The position numbers and the translations under genes are program-made. A stretch of 58,052 nt of DNA from Myxococcota bacterium (lineage in GTDB: Bacteria; Myxococcota_A; Bradymonadia; UBA7976; UBA1532): the NCBI GenBank assembly GCA_036337435.1, contig JAYZEG010000032.1:1-58052 (forward strand), in the 5' to 3' direction. This document shows, piece by piece, positions 50,804 through 58,052 of the stretch (its first letter is position 1; each line of letters opens with the position of its first letter). The notes below the pieces were generated by a model. The model made no database searches, was not told the origin of the DNA, and worked only from the letters and a program-made list of their open reading frames with translations.

Positions 50804-51910
50804 TCACTTTGTGATGACTTCAGCTCGCACCATGGAATCTTCGTCGTCTCTTGCAGCGGACACGATGCGGGTACTGCCCATGGATTGGGCTGCCCAGACA
50901 GCGGTCGCTCTGATCACGGGGTCTGGATCCTCGAGAGCGACAGATTCGATTAAGTCGAGAGCAGCCGTTGTTTTTGTATTGGCCAAGACGATCAGTGCAT
51001 TTCGGCGTAACCCTTGGCCTCCAGCTCTGCGGAGTGGGCTACCAAGAAATCGGTCAGTCAATTCGTCAGCCGGTGTTTTAAGCCAGTCCAATAGATCAGG
51101 CCATGCGTGTTGGGGATTGGGTTTCCAAATCTCTGGATCGGCCGTCGGTGCTTTGTTGTTCCAAGGACAGACGTCCTGACAGATATCGCACCCAAAGACC
51201 CAATCACCCAGTTGAGAGCGCATTTCCAAGGGAATCAGTCCACGGTGTTCTATGGTCCAATAGCTGATGCATTTTCGAGCATCCAGACGGCCCTCAGTGA
51301 GCGCGCCCGTCGGACAGGCTGTGATGCAGTCAACGCAGTGTCCACATCGAAATGGGTGGGTCTGTGTCTCCACTGGAAAATCCTGGTCTATGAACATTAC
51401 AGCCAATGAGCCAAAAGTCCCTAACTCTGGATTGATAAGCATCGTTGAGCGCCCGATCCATCCGACTGAACTCCGTTCCCCAAATGCCCGCTCAAGAATC
51501 GCACCCGTATCTACACTCACATACCTCTTGAGGTGGGGCGACTCTTTGAACATCCAACGTTCAAGCTTTCTAAACGCTTTGCGAACCACATTGTGATAGT
51601 CGCGACCCCAGGCGTAGGCAGCGACCCGACCCACCTGTCCATCAGGTCGTTTTGGCGTCGGGGTTTTATGATTCATCCACAAGATGATCGCTGACCGGAC
51701 GCCGGGTAAAAGTCGCTCGGGAACCACACGCTCCTCCAGCCGCCTTGCAATCCACTCCATCTCGGCATGTTCGCCCTGTTCAATCCATGATTTAACCCGT
51801 TCTGCATGCGGCGCGTACCAACCACCGCCGATGGGTTCGACTGGGGCAATGCCAACACCACTGAATCCCAATGCGGCGGCACGTGTTTTGATATCTTCGA
51901 ACTTGAGCAT
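50804..51910 (-). CDS. queG: Epoxyqueuosine reductase
   Basis: YAWGRDYH, VDTGAILER, CGHCVDCITACP, CISY, GCDICQDVCP, HEAT-like tail. Confidence 0.94.
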   Translation of the reverse strand: MLKFEDIKTRAAALGFSGVGIAPVEPIGGGWYAPHAERVKSWIEQGEHAEMEWIARRLEERVVPERLLPGVRSAIILWMNHKTPTPKRPDGQVGRVAAYAWGRDYHNVVRKAFRKLERWMFKESPHLKRYVSVDTGAILERAFGERSSVGWIGRSTMLINPELGTFGSLAVMFIDQDFPVETQTHPFRCGHCVDCITACPTGALTEGRLDARKCISYWTIEHRGLIPLEMRSQLGDWVFGCDICQDVCPWNNKAPTADPEIWKPNPQHAWPDLLDWLKTPADELTDRFLGSPLRRAGGQGLRRNALIVLANTKTTAALDLIESVALEDPDPVIRATAVWAAQSMGSTRIVSAARDDEDSMVRAEVITK

Positions 51911-51977
51911 GTGTCATCATGCCCTCTGTATGAATGAGTATCAAATGTCGACATCAATTCTTCTTGACAGACTGTCG

Positions 51978-53126
51978 ATGACCCTCTGTGTCATCCAAGG
52001 CAAGTCGGTCTCCGGTGGATGCACCATACGTGCGTCTTTTGCCTGTTTTTTATTACTCATCTTAAGTGGTTGTCCCTCAACGGCGAGTGAGCAGCAGTGC
52101 AACCCGCAGACACAATCGGGTTGTGCGAACAGCGGGCAAGCGTGTGCCCTAGATACAACGGGAGCACCGACGTGTTTACCGCCTATCGGCCAGATCTCCG
52201 AAGGGGGTCGGTGTACCGGTGTAGAACCAGGCGTGGATCCCACCACGCTTGACGGGGCCGAGCTATGCGCTCCGGGTCTGGGTTGCATTCGCTATCTCGG
52301 GATCGCACGCTGTCTACGATTTTGCGACCCCGGACGCATCGATAGCGATGATGCGTGCACTCAGACGACCGTCAATCCGGAGCATCAACATGCGCTGTCT
52401 GGATTTTCAAGCTGTTCCATTACCATTACCGACCGACCCGAAATCGGAGCCTGTGCCCTGCCTTGCCGATTTGCTGACAATGTGGATTCAGCATGTCCAT
52501 CGAATACCCGCTGTGCTGTACCGTTTGGTGGTCGGACTGCCATCTGTGTCGCTGCTGGTCAACGGGGCATTGGTGACAGCTGTGGGGCTGGTTGTGATTG
52601 TGTGGAAAACGCTCAATGCGTCCCCGATTTATCAGGGTTTGTTTGTCGACGAAAAGTCAATGCTTCAGGTCAATGCCAAGCTGACGAGTTCACGCAAAAC
52701 TTATTTGGGACCAGCGACCCGTTAAGCGATGATGGCCTGGCGACCTATTCGGTATGCACGGCTTGCAGAACTTTAGGCTATCGAGGGCTCAGTTATTGCC
52801 CGGACCAAGCTCGCTGTTTATCCCAGAATGGTCAATTGGCGTCCTTCTCAGCATCAGACGCGAGCCGTCTCACCGACTTTCTTTTTGAGCAATCAGCTCA
52901 AATAGGGCCTGTATTGGTGGGGGCATACCGTAGCGATGACGGCCAATGGCGTTGGTCTCAAAATGAGACCCTTATCGATAATCAACTTTGGGCAGATGGT
53001 CTTCCGGTCGACGGTGTGGCGTGTGTCGGCTTATCAGCAGATGGTTTTCTTCGAGGTCTTGAGGATTGCCAACACGCTGTCCTTTGTGACCAATCCTATC
53101 GTCCAAGCTGTGACGCTGGGGAATAA
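51978..53126 (+). CDS. Cys-rich lipoprotein with a C-terminal C-type-lectin-like domain
   Basis: Lipobox LLILSGC; CNPQTQSGC...CAPGLGC...CLRFCD repeats; 'LVGA...WRWS...WADGLP...CVGL...DC...LC'. Start uncertain; the ORF-track start overlaps queG. Confidence 0.7.
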   Translation: MTLCVIQGKSVSGGCTIRASFACFLLLILSGCPSTASEQQCNPQTQSGCANSGQACALDTTGAPTCLPPIGQISEGGRCTGVEPGVDPTTLDGAELCAPGLGCIRYLGIARCLRFCDPGRIDSDDACTQTTVNPEHQHALSGFSSCSITITDRPEIGACALPCRFADNVDSACPSNTRCAVPFGGRTAICVAAGQRGIGDSCGAGCDCVENAQCVPDLSGFVCRRKVNASGQCQADEFTQNLFGTSDPLSDDGLATYSVCTACRTLGYRGLSYCPDQARCLSQNGQLASFSASDASRLTDFLFEQSAQIGPVLVGAYRSDDGQWRWSQNETLIDNQLWADGLPVDGVACVGLSADGFLRGLEDCQHAVLCDQSYRPSCDAGE

Positions 53127-53153
53127 TTCGTTCGAGTTCCGACGAACGACTCT

Positions 53154-53771
53154 CTAAAGATATTTCTGGATCGTTTTGATGACTTCGATGCGATCAACCA
53201 TATCTTGTATGTAGTCTAGTTTATCGACCTGAATGACGAGTGTTGGGGACCTGTCGTAGCGTTCGAACCATTCTTCATAGAGAGTATGTAGCCGACGAAT
53301 GTAGCGGAGGGGAATGTCTTGTTCCTCTGGTCGTCCGCGCAGCCGGATTCGTTTCCGAACGGTTCTGACTTCAGCGCGCAGATAAATCATCAGGTCGGGC
53401 GGTCTCAGTGTTTTGACAATGGCCGAATACATATCCCGGTAGGTCTGGTACTCGTCTTTTGACATTCGCCGGGAGCGATACAAGTTTTCTGCAAAGATTT
53501 CGGCGTCTTCATAAATCGTCCGGTCTTGGACAACCGTGCCTGGGTGATCAGTGAGTTCTTGATGGAGGCGGAACTTATGGGCCAAGAAATACATTTGGCT
53601 GGGGAATGCCCAGCGTTTCATGTCGCTGTAAAAGCGGGTGAGAAACGGATTTTCGTCATTGGGTTCATGAAATGGAGTCAAGTCGAAGCGATAGCGCAAA
53701 AAGTCGACCAGTGTCGATTTGCCCGCACCGATGTTGCCGGCCACAGCGATATATTTTCGTGGTCCCGCCAT
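53154..53771 (-). CDS. Deoxynucleoside kinase (dNK family)
   Basis: GNIGAGKST, QDRTIYEDAEIF, PDLMIYL, RIRLRGR. Confidence 0.92.
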   Translation of the reverse strand: MAGPRKYIAVAGNIGAGKSTLVDFLRYRFDLTPFHEPNDENPFLTRFYSDMKRWAFPSQMYFLAHKFRLHQELTDHPGTVVQDRTIYEDAEIFAENLYRSRRMSKDEYQTYRDMYSAIVKTLRPPDLMIYLRAEVRTVRKRIRLRGRPEEQDIPLRYIRRLHTLYEEWFERYDRSPTLVIQVDKLDYIQDMVDRIEVIKTIQKYL

Positions 53772-53779
53772 CTAATCCA

Positions 53780-56700
53780 TCACTGACATGTTGAGATGCC
53801 GCGGCCGATGTCCAGTTGGCACTGGGTGCCCACTTCGCAGCTTGCATAATCCAAGAGAATGGGCCCGCATTGGCCACCGCGTGGGTACGTGGCAGTTGCG
53901 CGGACTGTAAACCGACCAAAACGACGACCAAATCCATCTACAAAAACAAAGATGTCACCGCCACTCCAATCAAAATCGATCTGACTTTGGATGCCATTTG
54001 AATTGTCATTACACGCGAGCTGGGTTGGCCCCGGTTGGCAAGGGGCTGCCGCCGGGTCAGCGTCATTGAACTCAACGGCCTCGACGGCCATGTCGACACT
54101 CATATCGGTAGCCATGTCTACGTTCATATCGACAATCATATCGACGGCTGCATCTACATTCATATCGACAGTCATATCGACGGCCGCATCTACATTCATG
54201 TCGGTGGCGATGTCCATGGTCATATCGACAGCCATATCTGTACTCATATCGATGGTCATATCGACACCTTGATCGACGATCATATCCCGTCCTGGGCGCG
54301 CTCCAGCATCGCCGATGCCGGCATCAGTTTCCGGCGATTCAGGGATGGTATCGGAGCCAAGATCGCTTGGGATAGCAGCATCAGGCACGGCATCAGCCAT
54401 CCCACCGGCATCATCGGCAGTCCCTGCATCAACGCCCATATCTAAATCGTCCTCCACTTGAGCATCTTGAGCCAGTCCCGCGTCGATGTCCGGTTCGACC
54501 TCTTGCTCTGGGTCTGGACAGACGACCTCCGCTTCACAACTTGATCGGGCATACAGTATGGTATTGAAGCGAGAGCCAAATGTGTCGATGACCACTCGAG
54601 CAGGATAGGGCACCGGTAAGCGGAAAATCGCCTCTGGTGAGCCCCCATCGAACCCGCAGGTTCCCTGGTTTTCGGCCATTCCATGGGACGTATCGCCGGC
54701 CAATTCACCGTCGTTACCAAAGATGGGCAGGTCTGATGAACAAGTCGCTCGTTCGTCAGCATCGGCGGCCGAGGTACAACCTGGATCGTTGGGATGGTCG
54801 ATTAGGCCGTCACCATCGTTGTCCAACTCGTCTAGACACTCAGGCATCTCATCAACGTCCCGTTCCAGCGGAGCATCTTGGAAGTTGCAGCTCGGATCAT
54901 TGGGATAGTCGATACGGCCATCTTGATTATTGTCCACGAAGTCTCGACATTGTGGTGCGTTAAATTCGCTATTTCGCTGAGGGTCATCTTGGCAACCAGG
55001 GTCGTCCAGATCGACCAAACCATCGCCATCATTGTCGCAATGGTCGGCGCAGTCTGGTTGGTCAGCTTCTAATGGGTCGTCCGCACAAACACACTCTGCA
55101 TCTCGGTTCGGACCACTGTTTCCATCACCATCTCGGTCATAGTCTATTGCACCATCGTCATCGTTATCGAGCCCGTCTGCACAGTCCGGCCCTTCAAAAG
55201 GGTCGGCCGCGCTCTCACATCGGTCGTCCTGTCCGAAGTCGATCAACCCATCGCCGTCATCATCGATGCCATTGCTACAAGCAGGAGGCTGGTCGGGATC
55301 GGCCTCGTCCATATCATTGGGCGTGTCACAGCCAGGGTCATTGGGGAAATCGATAAAGCCGTCATTATCGTTGTCAATTTCGTCGCCGCAGCGGGCACGG
55401 GCACAACGTTGGCCTTCAGGGGTATCCTCGCACGTGAGCCCATCTCCACAAACATAGTCTCGTCGACTGCCGCAGTCCTGTCCTTCCGCAAGTTTACCCG
55501 TCAGTCGTAGGCGCCAAATGCCGGAACTGTCTGGAGAGCCATCAATGAAGATGTAAAGCTCTGTTCCAACCGGCTGTGGACCCAGCTCAATTCGTGATGT
55601 GAAACCGCCGCCGCCATTGTCATCACAAGCGATTTCTGAATCAGCCTGGCAGCCCGTTCGGACGTAGATATGGGTATCAAAGTCGCTGTCTCGAGTGTCC
55701 AAGATGAGACCCTGTAGCGCGAAGCCCTCGCCGACTCTCCAAAGGAGCACATCCTCTCGACCACTCGGTTGTCTACAGCTGCCTTGAAAGTCATTGGGCT
55801 TTTCAGCCGTATTCCCTCTCGTTCGTGATAGGCCGGTTACTTCGCGAGGCTCTCTGGTCATGCAGGGGTCATTTTCGGTGTTATCGGCTGCGCTTAAGCA
55901 GCTCTCAGCATCGTCGGGGTAATCGGTGACACCGTCCTGGTCATTGTCCACGCCATCCGCACATTGTGGCAGAGGGTCTGGGTCTGTTTCATCAGGGTCA
56001 TTTCGTTCGGTGCAGCCGGGATCATTTGGGTAATCAATCAGCCCATCTTCATCATCATCTCTGTTGTTGCGGCAGGCCGCTAAGTTGAATTCACTGAATC
56101 GCTCGGGATCGCCGTTACAGCCTGGATCATCCAGATCGATCAATCCATCTCCGTCATTGTCTCGTCCGTCTCGACAGGCTGGTGGAGCACTTTCGTCATC
56201 GTCGGCAGCAGAGGTACAGTCTGGATCGTTTAAATAGTCAACGCGCCCATCGAAATCGTTGTCGGTGCCATCGGCACATTGGGGTAGCGGACCATCGAGT
56301 TGTTCCTGGTCGTCGTCCTCTGACTCGCAACCAGGATCGTTCGGATAGTCGAATCGACCATTGCCATCGTTGTCGAGACCATCAGAACACTGGGCTGTCT
56401 GACAACGACCGCCCAGGCACGCCAAGCCACGTCCGCAGACGATCCAGTCCGTGTCTTGGTTATCGGCCGAACACGGTTGGTCTAAACCCAGTTCACCCCT
56501 GACATTGAGTTCAAAAAGACCCGCTTGCGCCCCGTGTCCATCGACTAAAATATAGTAATCACCTGGTGTCGGTGCCTCGAGCACAACCTCGCTGGTTCGA
56601 GTGTCGAAGGCGACATCGTCATTGCAGACAATCTCTGTGGTTGGATCAGCACAATCACGCCATATTCCGAGTAATGTATCAAAACTTGATCCGGCTGTAT

Positions 56701-57295
56701 CGACGCGTAGACGCGCCACTTGTTGCCTGATTGTAAATTGGAATACGCGCTCGGGGGCCGCATTATTGCGACAGACATTCAACGTGGCGTTTGCACCCTC
56801 CGTGGTGCCTGAAAACTGAGCCTGGCCGGTGAGGTCTTTGAACTCAAAAAAGTCGGAACAAAGGTTTCCTTCGTTCACATCACTCTCGGAGCTACAGCCC
56901 GGGTCATCGGGGAAATCAGTACGACCATCGTTGTCATTGTCCTGTCCGTCTGAACACGCCGATGCATCTGGATCGAGTTCGTTATCGTCGTCAAGACTGC
57001 TACAGCCTGGATCCAATGGATAGTCGATCAAGTCATCGCTGTCATTGTCGATTTCATCATGACATGCCTTGGCGATGAACATATCGGGTCCGGCGTCGAC
57101 CAGGGCATCGACAGCCAAGCCTCGGTCTTGGCTTGTATTCTGGTCGGTCATACCCCCTTGGTCGGCCGGTGCTGAATCCGTTGAACGCGACTGGTCTATA
57201 GATGCATCTTCGACAACAATGACGCCGCCGTCCGCCGGATCGTCACAAGCGACCGCCCAGAGAATCAGCGTACTGAGTGCTAGCCTTCGTATCAT
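53780..57295 (-). CDS. Large acidic lipoprotein: 13 CxDGxDNDxDGxxDxPxDPGC repeats and 3 PPC-like beta-sandwich domains
   Basis: Lipobox WAVAC; repeats arranged 2+5+6; domains with DTxxSxFDT...C(N/D)D...(I/V)xVDG. Confidence 0.8.
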   Translation of the reverse strand: MIRRLALSTLILWAVACDDPADGGVIVVEDASIDQSRSTDSAPADQGGMTDQNTSQDRGLAVDALVDAGPDMFIAKACHDEIDNDSDDLIDYPLDPGCSSLDDDNELDPDASACSDGQDNDNDGRTDFPDDPGCSSESDVNEGNLCSDFFEFKDLTGQAQFSGTTEGANATLNVCRNNAAPERVFQFTIRQQVARLRVDTAGSSFDTLLGIWRDCADPTTEIVCNDDVAFDTRTSEVVLEAPTPGDYYILVDGHGAQAGLFELNVRGELGLDQPCSADNQDTDWIVCGRGLACLGGRCQTAQCSDGLDNDGNGRFDYPNDPGCESEDDDQEQLDGPLPQCADGTDNDFDGRVDYLNDPDCTSAADDDESAPPACRDGRDNDGDGLIDLDDPGCNGDPERFSEFNLAACRNNRDDDEDGLIDYPNDPGCTERNDPDETDPDPLPQCADGVDNDQDGVTDYPDDAESCLSAADNTENDPCMTREPREVTGLSRTRGNTAEKPNDFQGSCRQPSGREDVLLWRVGEGFALQGLILDTRDSDFDTHIYVRTGCQADSEIACDDNGGGGFTSRIELGPQPVGTELYIFIDGSPDSSGIWRLRLTGKLAEGQDCGSRRDYVCGDGLTCEDTPEGQRCARARCGDEIDNDNDGFIDFPNDPGCDTPNDMDEADPDQPPACSNGIDDDGDGLIDFGQDDRCESAADPFEGPDCADGLDNDDDGAIDYDRDGDGNSGPNRDAECVCADDPLEADQPDCADHCDNDGDGLVDLDDPGCQDDPQRNSEFNAPQCRDFVDNNQDGRIDYPNDPSCNFQDAPLERDVDEMPECLDELDNDGDGLIDHPNDPGCTSAADADERATCSSDLPIFGNDGELAGDTSHGMAENQGTCGFDGGSPEAIFRLPVPYPARVVIDTFGSRFNTILYARSSCEAEVVCPDPEQEVEPDIDAGLAQDAQVEDDLDMGVDAGTADDAGGMADAVPDAAIPSDLGSDTIPESPETDAGIGDAGARPGRDMIVDQGVDMTIDMSTDMAVDMTMDIATDMNVDAAVDMTVDMNVDAAVDMIVDMNVDMATDMSVDMAVEAVEFNDADPAAAPCQPGPTQLACNDNSNGIQSQIDFDWSGGDIFVFVDGFGRRFGRFTVRATATYPRGGQCGPILLDYASCEVGTQCQLDIGRGISTCQ
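54083..54286 (-). repeat. Coding 12-bp tandem repeat, 17 units (mostly D-M-x-V/T)
   Basis: DMIV DQGV DMTI DMST DMAV DMTM DIAT DMNV DAAV DMTV DMNV DAAV DMIV DMNV DMAT DMSV DMAV; a 36-bp higher-order duplication at 54137 and 54173. Confidence 0.9.
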
Positions 57296-57344
57296 AGATG
57301 CTCCTCTTCTCTTCCGAACCTATACCTGGTGTTGATGTTCACGT

Positions 57345-58052
57345 CTACGAAGGATTGGCGACCATGGCCTTGTAGAGGGCGTTAATCTCTGATCGTTGGT
57401 GCGCAGCACTCAAGGTAATTCGGAGTCGGCAGGTGCCTTCGGGGACCGTTGGCGGCCGAATCGCTGGGACATGGAACCCCTTGGCATAGAGGCTTGCGGC
57501 CTGTTTCAAGACAGTGGCTTCGTCACCGACAATGACTGGGAAAATTGGGCCTGTAGGTGCTTGCCGCATCAGCTTTGCAAGTTCGGTGATTCGGTTCCAT
57601 AGCCGAGCTCGCACGTCCTCGTCATTGCCCATGATTTCGATGGCAGCTGTTGCGGCGACGACATTCGGTACTGGGAGCGCAGTAGAGAAAATGAATGCAC
57701 GAGCACTATTGAGTAGCCACGCACGATTGCGTTCAGAACATGAGACGAATCCTCCATGACTTGCCAGTGCCTTACTTAAGGTTCCGACCTGAAAGTCGAC
57801 ATCGTCTGTGACCCCTGCGGCGTTGACCAAGCCGCTCCCAAAGTCTCCATAAATCCCAGTGGAATGTGCCGAGTCAGTGACCAGTATGAATGGATATTTA
57901 GCCTTGAGAGCGGCCAGTTCGACAAGTGGGGCGCGAACACCATCCATGCTGAATACTTCATCGGTTACTACGATTTTCCGCGACCTTGATTCTGCCTTTA
58001 GCAACGACTCCAGATGATTCATGTCACGGTGTTTGAACACTTTGGTCTCAGA
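57345..58052 (-). CDS. bioF: 8-amino-7-oxononanoate synthase (5'-truncated by the window edge)
   Basis: FKHRD, VFSMDG, DSAH, GTLSKAL, FIFST, AIRPPTVP..RLRITL. Confidence 0.88.
   Translation of the reverse strand, partial: SETKVFKHRDMNHLESLLKAESRSRKIVVTDEVFSMDGVRAPLVELAALKAKYPFILVTDSAHSTGIYGDFGSGLVNAAGVTDDVDFQVGTLSKALASHGGFVSCSERNRAWLLNSARAFIFSTALPVPNVVAATAAIEIMGNDEDVRARLWNRITELAKLMRQAPTGPIFPVIVGDEATVLKQAASLYAKGFHVPAIRPPTVPEGTCRLRITLSAAHQRSEINALYKAMVANPS

Noticed and set aside
51684..51910. Apparent overlap of queG with the lectin lipoprotein
   Set aside because: The lipoprotein signal peptide lies downstream, so the true start is at or after about 51978.
54083..54286. Short tandem repeats as a possible CRISPR array
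   Set aside because: 12-bp period, in-frame coding, no spacers and no cas genes.

Overview
Gene-dense bacterial chromosome segment with about 42 CDS. It is most likely from a Myxococcota / former-deltaproteobacterial organism (inference from MYXO-CTERM-like C-terminal sorting signals, Cys/Asp-rich surface proteins and gene order). It mixes housekeeping genes (fabI, maeB, ligA, hisC, tsaP-like/dprA/trmFO/xerC/hslV/hslU/argB/argD/argF, coaE, engB, plsB, queG, deoxynucleoside kinase, partial bioF) with many secreted or lipoprotein genes (S1 protease, GH13 amylase, C-type-lectin lipoprotein, large repeat proteins). I saw no rRNA, tRNA, CRISPR array, transposase or prophage. Best leads: (1) a ~255-nt nested-helix candidate ncRNA in the only large ORF-poor gap (35028-35282); (2) directly downstream, a ResB-like/CcsA-like membrane pair that appears to have lost its heme-handling motifs; (3) two stalked MYXO-CTERM surface proteins that share a stalk but carry different heads, coupled to a beta-propeller lipoprotein; (4) a J-protein/DnaK/TPR triad whose two flanking proteins share a small domain; (5) an SDR that looks catalytically dead; (6) a surface protein whose third beta-sandwich domain is split by a 170-aa insertion holding 17 Met/Asp tetrapeptide repeats. 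All family assignments come from motif recognition by eye, not from database searches.
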